From contig CAWDGW010000014.1 of the NCBI GenBank assembly GCA_963801995.1, positions 359,523 through 423,522 of the forward strand: DNA of 64,000 nucleotides, given 5' to 3'. How positions within the stretch are numbered: the stretch's first letter is position 1; each line of letters begins with the position of its first letter. The position numbers were made by a program, and so were the translations under genes. The DNA comes from an uncultured Holophagae bacterium. GTDB lineage: Bacteria; Acidobacteriota; Thermoanaerobaculia; Thermoanaerobaculales; Sulfomarinibacteraceae. The notes beneath the pieces are model-generated. The model had not been told where the DNA came from. It did not search any database and worked only from the letters and a program-made list of their open reading frames with translations. Positions 49,295 through 59,256 of the stretch are shown piece by piece.

Positions 49295-50071
49295 ATGAAA
49301 CGTTCAAAGCTACGCCGAATGGGTCAGAACTTCCTGGTGGACCGGGAGGTCGCTGAGCGCATTGTGGGGCTACTCGATGACGAACCAGGTCGGGTACTCG
49401 AGATCGGGCCGGGAAGGGGGGCGCTGACCGGGCCGCTGGCGGAGCGATTCGGCAGGGTCCTCGCCCTTGAAATCGACCACAGGTTGGCGGGGGATTTGGC
49501 GGGGAGGCCATGGCATTCAGCCGTTGAGGTGGTCCACGCCGACGCACTGCATGACCCGTTGGAACCCCTGGTGGAGAGTGAGGCCCCATGGCAGGTTGCC
49601 GCCAACCTGCCCTACTCGGTTGGCTCCGCTATCCTCCGGCGGCTGCTGCCCCGGCACGATCTTTTTGCCTCGCTGGTGGTCATGCTGCAGCGTGAGGTAG
49701 CCAATCGGGTGGTCGCCGTTCCCGGGAGCCGAAACCATGGCCTGATGGCCCTCGAACGGGCGGCCTGGGCCGATGCCTCCATCGCCTTCGAGGTTTCGCC
49801 TCGGGCCTTTCGGCCCCGCCCCAAGGTCGTGTCCGCGGTGGTGGTGCTGCGCCTCCACCCTTCGCCCACAAAGCCGGACGAGCTCGAGGCCGGTCTTCGC
49901 CTTGCAGCCCACACCTTGACCAAGCCCCGCAAGATGTTGGGCAATGCTGTACGTCCACTTTGCGACCGGAACGCCCTGATCGCTGCTGACATCGATCCCG
50001 ACCTTCGACCCGGGCAGCTGGCCCTCGAGGATTGGGTCCGCCTCGCCACCACGCTGAGAAGTGCAGGCTAA
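49295..50071 (+). CDS. rsmA: 16S rRNA (adenine1518/1519-N6)-dimethyltransferase
   Basis: MGQNFLVD and EIGPGRGALT motifs. Confidence 0.9.
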   Translation: MKRSKLRRMGQNFLVDREVAERIVGLLDDEPGRVLEIGPGRGALTGPLAERFGRVLALEIDHRLAGDLAGRPWHSAVEVVHADALHDPLEPLVESEAPWQVAANLPYSVGSAILRRLLPRHDLFASLVVMLQREVANRVVAVPGSRNHGLMALERAAWADASIAFEVSPRAFRPRPKVVSAVVVLRLHPSPTKPDELEAGLRLAAHTLTKPRKMLGNAVRPLCDRNALIAADIDPDLRPGQLALEDWVRLATTLRSAG

Positions 50072-50081
50072 CAGTCGGAAA

Positions 50082-50118
50082 GGGTTTTGCGAATTCCGAA
50101 TTCCGAATTCCGAATTCC
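50082..50118 (-). repeat. GAATTCG heptamer array x4 with CAAAACC end (reverse)
   Basis: GGGTTTTG followed by CGAATTC x4. Starts 11 nt after the rsmA stop codon. Confidence 0.9.
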
Positions 50119-50220
50119 AACAACGTCTCAAAGTGATACAATTCAAATGGTTATGCTGGTTATTCACTCAACACCTCCGGCCGTTGTCGGCGGGTCGTGC
50201 GCCCGGGGAGGGTGCCGAAC

Positions 50221-51009
50221 GTGAGCGTTGTTCACGCCGTCGTGCTGGGCATTCTCCAGGGGTTGACGGAGTTCCTGCCGGTCTCCTCGTCGGGTCATCT
50301 CGCCCTGGCCCAGATGATGATCCCCGGGTTCAGCCAACCTGGGGTGCTCTTTGACGCCATGCTGCACGTCGGCACCGCGTCGGCCGTCGTGTGGTTTGAG
50401 CGGCGCCGAATCGTGCGTTGGGCCGGTACCCGAGGAGGACGGCGTCTGCTGGGCCTGCTGGTGTTTGGAACCCTGGCCACCGCCGTTGTGGGGTTCACCT
50501 TGCGTGGCGTCGCCACCGACGCCTTTCACAAGTCACTGTGGGTCGGCATGGCTCTGATTGTCACTGGGACGGTGGTGGCGATCACGCGATTCTTGGCTGG
50601 CGGCCACCATGGTGAGGAAAGCACCGGCTGGAAACAGGTTTTGGTCGTAGGCCTGGCGCAGGGGATTGCAGTATTCCCGGGTCTGTCCAGGTCGGGCCTG
50701 ACCATCGCCGCCGGATTGGGGGTTGGACTCGAGCGATCCTGGGCTGCGAGGTTCAGCTTTCTGCTTGGCGTACCGGCGATTGCCGGCGCGACAGTATTCG
50801 AGCTGGCGTCGAACAGCACCGAGCTGGCATCGACGGCGCCGGCCTTTTGGGTTGCCTGTGCCGTGGGAATGCTGGCGGCTGGTCTATCCGGGTATCTGGC
50901 CCTGCGAGTCGTTCTGTGGGCGGTTTCGGACCGGGTCTTCCACAGATTCTCCCTCTATTGCATTCCTTTGGGTATTCTTGTGGTCGTGATGAGTTCGAGG
51001 ATTTCCTGA
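50221..51009 (+). CDS. uppP: undecaprenyl-diphosphate phosphatase
   Basis: GTG start after GGGGAGGG. LGILQGLTEFLPVSSSGHL motif. Confidence 0.85.
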   Translation: MSVVHAVVLGILQGLTEFLPVSSSGHLALAQMMIPGFSQPGVLFDAMLHVGTASAVVWFERRRIVRWAGTRGGRRLLGLLVFGTLATAVVGFTLRGVATDAFHKSLWVGMALIVTGTVVAITRFLAGGHHGEESTGWKQVLVVGLAQGIAVFPGLSRSGLTIAAGLGVGLERSWAARFSFLLGVPAIAGATVFELASNSTELASTAPAFWVACAVGMLAAGLSGYLALRVVLWAVSDRVFHRFSLYCIPLGILVVVMSSRIS

Positions 51010-53441
51010 TGCGCGATCGGATCCTCCGTGAGACCGGTGCTGTGGCGCTGCTGCTGGGCTCAATCCTGGTGGCGGTGGCCCTGGTTTCCCACTCGCCGAT
51101 GGATCCCAGTCCATTCCACGCCTCGACGTTGAGGTCGAGCCCGATCAACTGGGCCGGATGGCTTGGGGCGACTCTGTCGGCGGCCCTGTTGAGTGTCATC
51201 GGTGTCACGGCCTTTCTGCTGCCTCCCATCGGAGCCGTGCTGGGTTGGCGAATTCTGAGGCAGCGGCCCCTGGAAAACTCGCCGGTGACCTTGATCGGTT
51301 GGCTGGTCATCATCCTCTCCCTGCCAGGGTTGGCGGCACTGCTGACCACGGACCTGCCCTACCGTGACGGGTTCATACCCTTCGGCGGGCTGACTGGGAT
51401 GGCCTCGGCGCAGCTCCTCGGCGGTTTCGCCGGTCCGGTGGGCCGACTGGTGATCTTGGCCTTCCTTCTCCTCTTCGGTGGTCTCATGGTGTCTGGCAGA
51501 TCGGCCGCGACGCTGGCGGACGCGATCATGAGCAAGTTCCAGGGTCGGCTCGACCGGAGCCATCGAGAGCGGATTCGGCGTCGGCGGGAAAAAGAGAAGC
51601 AGCAGAACAAGCGAAAGGTCCTGGAACGTCAGCTGCGCCGGTTGGACGCCGAGGACGCGTATCGCGGATCCATCACCGTCAAGAAAGTGGAGGGCAAAGG
51701 CCGGTTCAGAATCGTGCGCCGGATGGCTCCATTCCTCGGCGAGGACATGTCCGAAGAGGGGGACGATGGTGCGGAGCCGGCTGCCACCACGGCCCGACGC
51801 CGAACGTCCCGCTCCGGCCGAACGGCGGGTGGCGCAGCGGCGATGCGAAAGAAGAAGGTGGTTCAGGAGGAGTTCGATTTCGTCGACGATCTCGAGTCCT
51901 ACGATCTGCCCCGGGTTCAGTTCCTGGATCAACCCGAGGAGGAGGCTCCTCGGAACTCGGACGCGCTGATCGAAATGTCGAAGCTGATCACCGAAAAGTG
52001 CCACGAGTTCAAAGTTCGCGGCGAGGTGGTGAACATCCGAACCGGACCGGTGATTACGACCTACGAATTTCGGCTCGAGCCCGGGGTCAAGATCGCGGCC
52101 GTTCAGAATCTGTCCGAGGACCTGGCGCTCGCCCTGCGCACCGAGTCGGTGCGGATCGAGCGGGTACCAGGGCGTGCCACGGTGGGAATCGAGGTGCCCA
52201 ACCCCAATCCGGAGGTCATCCGGCTGAGAACCCTCGCCGAGTCGGCCGAGTTTCAGCACGCCCAGTCGCTGCTCACATTGAGCCTCGGGGTGGACAAGAG
52301 TGGCAAGCCATTTTTTGCCGACCTTGCTCGGATGCCCCACCTGCTGATCGGCGGGTTCACCGGATCGGGGAAATCGGTGGGCCTCAACGCCATGATCATG
52401 TCGATTTTGTACAAGGCACGACCCGAGCAGGTGAAGTTCATCCTGGTGGACCCGAAGATGGTGGAGCTCGGCGTCTATGCCCACATTCCCCATCTGCTAA
52501 CTCCCATTATCTCGGATCCGAAGAAGGCGGCCAATGCTCTCGGATGGGCGGTGACCGAGATGGATGAGCGCTACCGCCGGCTGGCGGCGCTCGGGGTGCG
52601 AAACCTCAACCAGTACAACCAGCTGGTGAGCGATCCCGGGCAGCTCAAAAAGGTCAAGGCACAGCTCGCAGTGGATGACGAGGGGCGGGATTTGGACTTC
52701 GAGCCGCTGCCCTTCATCGTCATCATCATCGACGAGCTGGCCGATCTCATGCTGGCCTCGTCCCGCGCGGTGGAGGAGTCCATCACCCGTCTTTCCCAGA
52801 AGGCGAGGGCGGTGGGACTCCACCTGGTGTGTGCGACCCAACGACCGTCAGTGGACATCCTCACCGGGATCATCAAGGCGAACTTCCCGTGCCGATTGTC
52901 CTACAAGGTCCGCTCCAAGTTCGACTCCCGGACGATCCTCGATGCCATCGGAGCCGAGCACCTCCTCGGTCGCGGCGATATGCTCTTCCTGCCGCCGGGC
53001 ACCTCGGCCCTGCTCAGGCTCCATGGCCCGCACGTCACCGAGAAGGAAATCGCCACGGTGGTTCGGTATATCAAACGATTCGGCAAACCGGACTACCAGA
53101 GAGAGGTCCTGACCCACGCCCCGCTCGGCGGTAACGAACGGGGCGGGCGACGCACGACAGTCGATGATGAAGATCAACTCACCGACCCCATGTACGATCG
53201 GGCGGCGCGGCTGGTGGTCGAGACGCGCAAGGCTTCGGCTTCGTACATCCAGCGCCGATTGCACCTCGGGTACACCCGGTCGGCGCGACTCCTCGATATG
53301 ATGGAGAGAGAGGGCCTGGTGGGCCCGCTCGCAGGATCGAAGGGAAGGGACGTCCTCGTTCCGAAAAACTACTTCGAGGAGGTGGACGAGAGCCACCTGC
53401 TCAACTACGGCGGCGTTGACGAGAGCGAGGTGTCGAGATGA
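51009..53441 (+). CDS. ftsK: DNA translocase FtsK
   Basis: ATG shares one base with the uppP TGA. N-terminal TM helices, Walker A GGFTGSGKS, and C-terminal gamma wHTH YIQRRLHLGYTRSARLLDMME. Confidence 0.9.
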   Translation: MRDRILRETGAVALLLGSILVAVALVSHSPMDPSPFHASTLRSSPINWAGWLGATLSAALLSVIGVTAFLLPPIGAVLGWRILRQRPLENSPVTLIGWLVIILSLPGLAALLTTDLPYRDGFIPFGGLTGMASAQLLGGFAGPVGRLVILAFLLLFGGLMVSGRSAATLADAIMSKFQGRLDRSHRERIRRRREKEKQQNKRKVLERQLRRLDAEDAYRGSITVKKVEGKGRFRIVRRMAPFLGEDMSEEGDDGAEPAATTARRRTSRSGRTAGGAAAMRKKKVVQEEFDFVDDLESYDLPRVQFLDQPEEEAPRNSDALIEMSKLITEKCHEFKVRGEVVNIRTGPVITTYEFRLEPGVKIAAVQNLSEDLALALRTESVRIERVPGRATVGIEVPNPNPEVIRLRTLAESAEFQHAQSLLTLSLGVDKSGKPFFADLARMPHLLIGGFTGSGKSVGLNAMIMSILYKARPEQVKFILVDPKMVELGVYAHIPHLLTPIISDPKKAANALGWAVTEMDERYRRLAALGVRNLNQYNQLVSDPGQLKKVKAQLAVDDEGRDLDFEPLPFIVIIIDELADLMLASSRAVEESITRLSQKARAVGLHLVCATQRPSVDILTGIIKANFPCRLSYKVRSKFDSRTILDAIGAEHLLGRGDMLFLPPGTSALLRLHGPHVTEKEIATVVRYIKRFGKPDYQREVLTHAPLGGNERGGRRTTVDDEDQLTDPMYDRAARLVVETRKASASYIQRRLHLGYTRSARLLDMMEREGLVGPLAGSKGRDVLVPKNYFEEVDESHLLNYGGVDESEVSR

Positions 53442-53752
53442 CATCCGGACTTTTCGAGTTCAGCCCTTCGATGACGGTTCAGCTCCTCGGAGCCGCAGGA
53501 ATCGTGATCCTGCTCGTGCTGCTGGTGATCAGCTTCATGTCTCGAGCTCGGGTCTTTTGCCAGTACCTCAAGCACATGACCGGGATCGAGCTCAAGCCGG
53601 TGACGGTGCGCAGGGTTTACCGTCAGAAAGGTCGGGCTGGTGTCCGCGACTTTCTGATTTCCCTGCTCATTCAGGAGGATCTGGCCGATCCGCGCCGGGT
53701 CGTCACACCGGACTCGGTTCCCGACACCTCCATGTACAACGGCAACAAGTAG
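53438..53752 (+). CDS. small hypothetical membrane protein
   Basis: ATGA overlap with the ftsK stop codon. One hydrophobic helix. Confidence 0.45.
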   Translation: MTSGLFEFSPSMTVQLLGAAGIVILLVLLVISFMSRARVFCQYLKHMTGIELKPVTVRRVYRQKGRAGVRDFLISLLIQEDLADPRRVVTPDSVPDTSMYNGNK

Positions 53753-53792
53753 CCCACTTTCCCCGTTCATCTTCGGTGTAGACGGCAGGGCA

Positions 53793-53827
53793 GAATTCGA
53801 AATTCGAAATTCGAAATTCGAAAACCC
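53793..53827 (+). repeat. GAATTCG/AAATTCG heptamer array x4 ending AAAACCC
   Basis: Seen directly. Confidence 0.9.
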
Positions 53828-53843
53828 TTCCTTAAACTCACTG

Positions 53844-53869
53844 CCTCATAGCCTCATAGCCCCACAGCC
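53844..53869 (+). repeat. octamer array CCTCATAG x2-3
   Basis: Seen directly. Confidence 0.8.
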
Positions 53870-53880
53870 TGGTCTAGAAT

Positions 53881-55677
53881 GTGACCGTGCCGAGGATCAA
53901 AGTTCTGCCCGACGGGCTCGTCAACCGCATTGCTGCCGGGGAGGTTGTGGAGCGCCCGTCTTCGCTGGTCAAGGAACTGGTGGAGAACAGCCTCGACGCG
54001 GAGGCGACGCGAATCGAGGTCGAACTGATCCAGGGCGGGCGCAGCATGGTGCGGGTGGCAGATGATGGAGTCGGAATGGACCCCGACGACGCCCTTCTGG
54101 CCCTCGAACGTCATGCGACTTCAAAGATAGCCACTGTCGACGATCTCGACCACATCTCATCACTCGGTTTCCGGGGAGAGGCCTTGCCGTCCATGGCCGC
54201 GGTGTCCCGGTTCTCTCTGTTGACATCGGCCGACCCCTCCGAGGGTGGGGTGAGGATCACGGTGGAGGGGGGGCGCATTCTCGGTGTGGAGGGTGCGGCG
54301 CGGGCGCGGGGAACCACGGTGGAGATCCGGGATCTGTTCTTCAATACCCCGGCCCGGCGCAAGTTCCTTCGTGCCCCCGAGACCGAGCTTCGTCATGCCC
54401 AGGAGGTCATTTGGGCGGCGGCGCTGGCCAACCCCGAAGTGGGGTTCGTGCTCCGTCACGGGTCGCGGACCTTAATCGAGGCTCTCCCGACCACGGATCC
54501 CGGTCAGCGGCTTCGCGACCTGTGGAGCCGGGTCCCAGGACCCGTCCACCGTTTTGAAGCGGCGGGAGGCGGTGTGGAGATTTGGGGTTTGTTGGCGGCC
54601 GGCACCGGGTCTGGGAGGCCGTCGCTGACCATCATTGTCAACGGCCGCGCCGTGCGCGACCGGCTGTTGGTGGGTGCGGTGCGCAGAGTTCTGGGCCAGG
54701 CGGGTGGCGGGCTGGGTGGCGCCCGAGTGGTGCTCTTCGTGACCGTGCCGCCCGACGAAGTCGACGTCAACGTCCATCCGGCCAAGGCGGAGGTTCGATT
54801 CGCCAATGGCAGGTCGGTCTTTGCGGTGGCAGAACGGGCGGTGCGATCCGGGTTGACGGCGTCCCGGGGCCACGAAGCGGTTGACCGCGTGGAGACCCCT
54901 GACTGGGTGGCCGAGTCCGCCGCCGCCCCGGGCGGAGAACCGATGGCCAACCCCTACCGCGGTGGTGGCAACCTCTTCGCTCACCCGGTTTATCACCAGA
55001 CGGCAGAAACGGGGGGGGAGGACCCCGGATTGTCGTTCGTCCGCGAATCCCACCCTTCGAGAGGACCGGGCCCCCGGCCCGCGCCCCCAGACACTCCCTT
55101 CGGCCGTCTCATCGGCCAGTACAGGGGCTCCTTTCTCCTGTTGGAGGACGAGTGGGGGCTGGTCATCGTAGATCAGCATGTGGCGCATGAGAGGGTGCTC
55201 TACGAACGGATCCTGCGTCAGTTGGCGGACGGAACCGCCCCGTCTCAGCGGCTGTTGGATCCCGTGCTGTTGGAGTTGGACGAAGCCTCCGTCGGAGCCC
55301 TGCCCGATGTCCAACACCTGCTGAGCGGGGTCGGTATCGAGGCCGAGCCCTTCGGCCCCGCCACGCTCCGGTTGTCGGCCCTGCCGCCGGAGGCGGACCC
55401 GGCTGACGCCGGTGAGGTTGTGGAGAAGATGTTGGAACGCGCCACGGCTCTTGATGGGGTTCCGGAACAGGTGGTTGAGGAATTGGGACACGAGCTGGCG
55501 GCTGCGTTGTCCTGTCGTGAGGCTGTCAAGGTCAACGACGTACTGTCCGAGGAGGAACAGCGGGTTCTTCTGCAGGACCTTGTTGCCACCGAGAACCCCT
55601 ACCGCTGTCCCCACGGGCGGCCCATTGTCCTCAGGCTCAGCCAGGAGGAGATGGAGCGCAGGCTGGGGAGGCGGTGA
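53881..55677 (+). CDS. mutL: DNA mismatch repair protein MutL
   Basis: GHKL ATPase N-terminus IAAGEVVERPSSLVKELVENSLDA. C-terminal dimerisation domain. Confidence 0.9.
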   Translation: MTVPRIKVLPDGLVNRIAAGEVVERPSSLVKELVENSLDAEATRIEVELIQGGRSMVRVADDGVGMDPDDALLALERHATSKIATVDDLDHISSLGFRGEALPSMAAVSRFSLLTSADPSEGGVRITVEGGRILGVEGAARARGTTVEIRDLFFNTPARRKFLRAPETELRHAQEVIWAAALANPEVGFVLRHGSRTLIEALPTTDPGQRLRDLWSRVPGPVHRFEAAGGGVEIWGLLAAGTGSGRPSLTIIVNGRAVRDRLLVGAVRRVLGQAGGGLGGARVVLFVTVPPDEVDVNVHPAKAEVRFANGRSVFAVAERAVRSGLTASRGHEAVDRVETPDWVAESAAAPGGEPMANPYRGGGNLFAHPVYHQTAETGGEDPGLSFVRESHPSRGPGPRPAPPDTPFGRLIGQYRGSFLLLEDEWGLVIVDQHVAHERVLYERILRQLADGTAPSQRLLDPVLLELDEASVGALPDVQHLLSGVGIEAEPFGPATLRLSALPPEADPADAGEVVEKMLERATALDGVPEQVVEELGHELAAALSCREAVKVNDVLSEEEQRVLLQDLVATENPYRCPHGRPIVLRLSQEEMERRLGRR

Positions 55678-56552
55678 TGCGGCGCGAGTACTGGCATCTG
55701 ACCGAGGGGCTGATCTTCGTCCACTTCGCGGTTTTCTTGCTGTCCTGGGCCAACCCGGCGAGTCTGCAGGGTCTCGCCCTGGTCCCCGGCGCAGTCGCCA
55801 ACCGGCCGTGGACCCTGGTCACCTACCAGTTCATTCACGGCCAGAGCATGTTCTGGTTCTTCATTTCCATGCTGGTGCTGTGGGTCATGGCCAAGCCCAT
55901 CGAAGACTCGTGGGGATCTCCCCGATTCCTGGTGTTTTGGTCGGTGGCCACCTTCGGCGCTGCCGTGGCGGCCCTCGTCCTCGGCCGGCCATTGGCCGGC
56001 GACACGGCTTTTATGGGGTCCCTGCTCTTCACCTACGCGACCCTCAACCCGGAGATGGAGTTCCTGCTCTTCTTTATCGTGCCCGTCAAGGTGAAGTGGC
56101 TCGCCATCGTCGGCGGGGCCTTCCTGGTGATGTCGAGTTTCCTCTCGTTCGGTCTGAAGGGTGGCATCGTCAACGTGGTTGGGATGTCGGCGGGATACCT
56201 GTACTTCCTCGCCACCCGGCGTCTGCCCACCCGGCGAAAGATCGCGTTCGAGATGAAGAAACGGCGGGCGCGGACCGAGGTGGCGTCCGAGGCGGCCACC
56301 GCCGAGCAGCGCAACCGCGCGTGGGATCCGTTGGTTCGGGAGGCCGAACAGCGGGCGCTGAGCTCTGGCGCCGTGGCGGAGCAGGACCACGCCCTGTTGG
56401 CAGAACTCGACGGTGCGCGGGACCCGTCGATCACCGTCTGTGCGCCGTCCGAGTTTGGCTTCACCGACGATGACGTGTGTCGTACCTGCACCGGATTCGC
56501 CGAGTGCTCCGCCCGCCGCATCCGCCTCGCCGCAGACGCCTCGAGCGACTGA
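55674..56552 (+). CDS. rhomboid family intramembrane protease-like protein with Cys-rich tail
   Basis: Start overlaps the mutL stop codon (GTG 55674 or ATG 55677). WTLVTYQFIHG and GMSAG motifs in a six-helix core. Confidence 0.65.
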   Translation: MMRREYWHLTEGLIFVHFAVFLLSWANPASLQGLALVPGAVANRPWTLVTYQFIHGQSMFWFFISMLVLWVMAKPIEDSWGSPRFLVFWSVATFGAAVAALVLGRPLAGDTAFMGSLLFTYATLNPEMEFLLFFIVPVKVKWLAIVGGAFLVMSSFLSFGLKGGIVNVVGMSAGYLYFLATRRLPTRRKIAFEMKKRRARTEVASEAATAEQRNRAWDPLVREAEQRALSSGAVAEQDHALLAELDGARDPSITVCAPSEFGFTDDDVCRTCTGFAECSARRIRLAADASSD

Positions 56553-56566
56553 GGATCATCAGAATC

Positions 56567-56605
56567 ACCTTTAAACCTTTAACTTTTAAACCTTTAAACC
56601 ATTTT
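56567..56605 (+). repeat. 7/8-mer array ACCTTTAA x4-5
   Basis: Lies between the convergent genes. Confidence 0.85.
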
Positions 56606-56609
56606 CCGA

Positions 56610-57944
56610 TCACAACGGAATGGTACGTTGCCGCGCGCGCTCGGCAGGCACCAACCACTCATCAGGCTCCCCATCGCCCAGTCGGGCGATGGCGTGGGAC
56701 AGAGTGTCACGCAGGTACCTGCCCCAGATCTTGATGGGGATTCCATCCACCCTTGCGGTGGGAGAGATGGCGTGGCACAGCATGTACTCGATGATCCAGG
56801 AGGCGTTCTGTGCGATCCGACCGGAGTAACCGGCGCGATCTCGCTGTTCGAGGATCCGGACCTCGTGGATGCCGAGGCCAAACTCGGATTCCACGAGGTC
56901 GTCGATGGTGGTCAGGATGAGCTCGAGGCTGAAAGTCCGGCTGCCGGTGGTGACGTACTCGTAGAACTCGTTCTCGAGATCGAAGACCGAGACCCCGCGG
57001 CCGGCGGCGAAAGACCAGTCGATGTCGCGCAAGCCGGTCACGATCTCGTCCACCGGGGGGAGCTCGATCTCAACCTTGTAGTGGGTGCCCACGTACAGAC
57101 CTTCGTGGACCCTGCGGTGAAATGCCCAGGTTTGTTCCCTTTCGTCGAGGGCGATTTCGAGCTTTTCAATCTCGGCTGGCGTCGCGATCAGTTTGACCCC
57201 GATCACGTCGTCCACCTGCTGACGTTCAGGGTCGAGGGTGATCTCCATGGATCGAATTCGATCCGCCACCAAACGCTCCGCCTCGGTGAAGTCGTCGTCC
57301 ATCTGAGCCGGTGAGGAGATCATTCGATCCAGGGGAATACCGGCGTTTCGGGCACGCTCGGCGGCCAGGATTCGGGCAGCGTCGTCGATCTCGCCGGCCA
57401 GTTGTCGGGCCACGTGCCGAGAGACCTTCTCGGCGATTCGTCGGATTCGCTTTCGACGCACCATGCCCGCCAGGGTTCCGTCTTGTCGGGTGACGAGGCT
57501 CATGTGGACCGGGGTGCGGGGGAAGAACTCCTCTGGCTGTCCTTGGTAGCGCCCGAGAAGCTGGCGGGCTCGGGTCGAGGGTTCGGTCACCGCCGCCACG
57601 ATGGCGTCTCGAACCGCATCCTTGTCGGAAACCCGCTTCAGAATCAGGGAACCCGGCTGGATGGTCCGCGAAAGGTCGCCCACCAGGGCTCGCACCGACG
57701 GCGCGGTGATGGCCCGTTCAAAGGCGAATATCTCAGTCAAGGTGCGCCCATCGGTGGGCTCGACGCGGTCCGCCAACCATCGACAGGCGATGTCGAAGAG
57801 GCGGTCGCGGTGGGTCAAGCCGGTGAGGTACATGGGTCTTTTGTAACGGTGACATGTCGGCGGTGACGATTCAAGCGCCAGCGGTTTATTGACCGCAATC
57901 GACTCTCGCTCAACCGATCGTTGACGGTTTTTCGCATTTCGCAT
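56610..57944 (-). CDS. hypothetical protein with divergent RelA/SpoT-like nucleotidyltransferase features
   Basis: Basic RRKRIRRIAEK segment, DDVIGVKLIA, EGLYVGTHYKVEI and SLELILTT line up loosely with RSH synthetase motifs. Alternative start at ATG 57833. Confidence 0.35.
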   Translation of the reverse strand: MRNAKNRQRSVERESIAVNKPLALESSPPTCHRYKRPMYLTGLTHRDRLFDIACRWLADRVEPTDGRTLTEIFAFERAITAPSVRALVGDLSRTIQPGSLILKRVSDKDAVRDAIVAAVTEPSTRARQLLGRYQGQPEEFFPRTPVHMSLVTRQDGTLAGMVRRKRIRRIAEKVSRHVARQLAGEIDDAARILAAERARNAGIPLDRMISSPAQMDDDFTEAERLVADRIRSMEITLDPERQQVDDVIGVKLIATPAEIEKLEIALDEREQTWAFHRRVHEGLYVGTHYKVEIELPPVDEIVTGLRDIDWSFAAGRGVSVFDLENEFYEYVTTGSRTFSLELILTTIDDLVESEFGLGIHEVRILEQRDRAGYSGRIAQNASWIIEYMLCHAISPTARVDGIPIKIWGRYLRDTLSHAIARLGDGEPDEWLVPAERARQRTIPL

Positions 57945-58078
57945 TTCTTGGAAGCTCGAAGTCGAGGCGACCCGACCCAGTCACGAACTGTGCCAACGCC
58001 TGAAAATGGGTCTCAGCGCCCGCTTTCTTGATTTTGTGAAGGAATTCACATAAGTTCACATGAGCGCCTGTCCGGGTT

Positions 58079-58843
58079 ATGCTTGAACGCCGGCTCCAAC
58101 ACCTTCTCGACGTCAGGAGCACGCGATTGTTCGAAAAGCGAGTCACTATCTTTGTCGGTCATTTTGGCAGTGGCAAGACCGAGATTGCCCTCAACGGGGC
58201 TCTCGAGCTGGCCAAGGCCGGGGACCGGGTGACCCTTGCCGACCTGGACGTTGTAAAGCCCTATTTTCGGTCCCGTGCGGCGCGTGAGATTCTGGAAGCG
58301 GCAGGCATCCGCCTGCTGGCGCCCACCGGAGAGAACACCCACTCCGATTTGCCGATCATCGTCCCCCAGATCCGGTCTGCCCTCCAGGACCGTTCATGCC
58401 GGCTGGTGATGGACGTGGGCGGCGACGACAGCGGCGCAAAGGCCCTCGGATCTCTGTCGGACGTGGTTCCGAGAACCCAGACCGAGAACCTGGTGGTGCT
58501 GAACTTCAGACGGCCGTCGACGCCGGACACCGCAGCGGCAGTGACCATGGTGCGCCGAATCGAAGCGGCGGCGTGCCTCGGTGTGACCGGGTTGGTTTCC
58601 AATACCCACTTGATGGGGGAGACCACGCCCGGCATCGTCCTCGAGGGCCACCGGATGGCCATGGAGGTGGGAGAGGAGATCGGGATTCCGGTCGTGGCGG
58701 TGGCCGCCTCCCGGGACGTGGCGGACGATCTACGGGGCCAGCATCTGGGCTGCCCGGTCTTCGTGCTCGACCGAGTGGTCCTTCCGCCCTTTGAACAACC
58801 ACTCCAAACGCGGGTCTCGGGCCCGCTTTTTGTTGTCAACTGA
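58079..58843 (+). CDS. P-loop NTPase (MinD/ParA/CooC-like)
   Basis: Walker A GHFGSGKTE and Walker B-like LVMDVGGDD. Lies immediately upstream of the oxidoreductase genes. Confidence 0.6.
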   Translation: MLERRLQHLLDVRSTRLFEKRVTIFVGHFGSGKTEIALNGALELAKAGDRVTLADLDVVKPYFRSRAAREILEAAGIRLLAPTGENTHSDLPIIVPQIRSALQDRSCRLVMDVGGDDSGAKALGSLSDVVPRTQTENLVVLNFRRPSTPDTAAAVTMVRRIEAAACLGVTGLVSNTHLMGETTPGIVLEGHRMAMEVGEEIGIPVVAVAASRDVADDLRGQHLGCPVFVLDRVVLPPFEQPLQTRVSGPLFVVN

Positions 58844-58854
58844 GGGGAGGTCCA

Positions 58855-59088
58855 ATGCCCCGAATCGTCATTACTCCTGACCTCTGCAAGGGATGCGAGC
58901 TCTGCGTCAACGCCTGCCCGCAGCAGATCCTGGGCATGGGTACACGGATCAACAACAAGGGGTATTTCTACGCCGAGGTTGCGGAGCAGATGCGGTGCAT
59001 CGGTTGCCGGCTCTGCTGCATCACCTGTCCCGACGTGGCCATCGAGATGAAGGTCAACGGGACGATGTATCACTACTTCTCGTACTGA
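58855..59088 (+). CDS. 2-oxoacid:ferredoxin oxidoreductase delta subunit (2x[4Fe-4S] ferredoxin)
   Basis: CKGCELCVNACP and CIGCRLCCITCP motifs. Confidence 0.85.
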   Translation: MPRIVITPDLCKGCELCVNACPQQILGMGTRINNKGYFYAEVAEQMRCIGCRLCCITCPDVAIEMKVNGTMYHYFSY

Positions 59089-59135
59089 TGGGAGCAACCG
59101 TGCGTGGCGCGACCATTGACGCAGTCCATTACGAC

Positions 59136-59245
59136 GGGATTCGGGATTCGGGATTCGGGATTCGGGAATCGATAGCCCCCGACCGCGGGTGCAATTGGAG
59201 GCCGGAACCTCGAGCCCCGAACCCCGAAGCCCGAACCCCGAGACC
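59136..59245. repeat. inverted heptamer arms GGGATTC x5 (59136-59171) and CGAACCC x5 (59211-59245) around a ~39-nt core
   Basis: The arms are near reverse complements, with one mismatch per unit. Lies between the delta and alpha subunit genes. Confidence 0.85.
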
Positions 59246-59256
59246 GGGAGCCTGAG

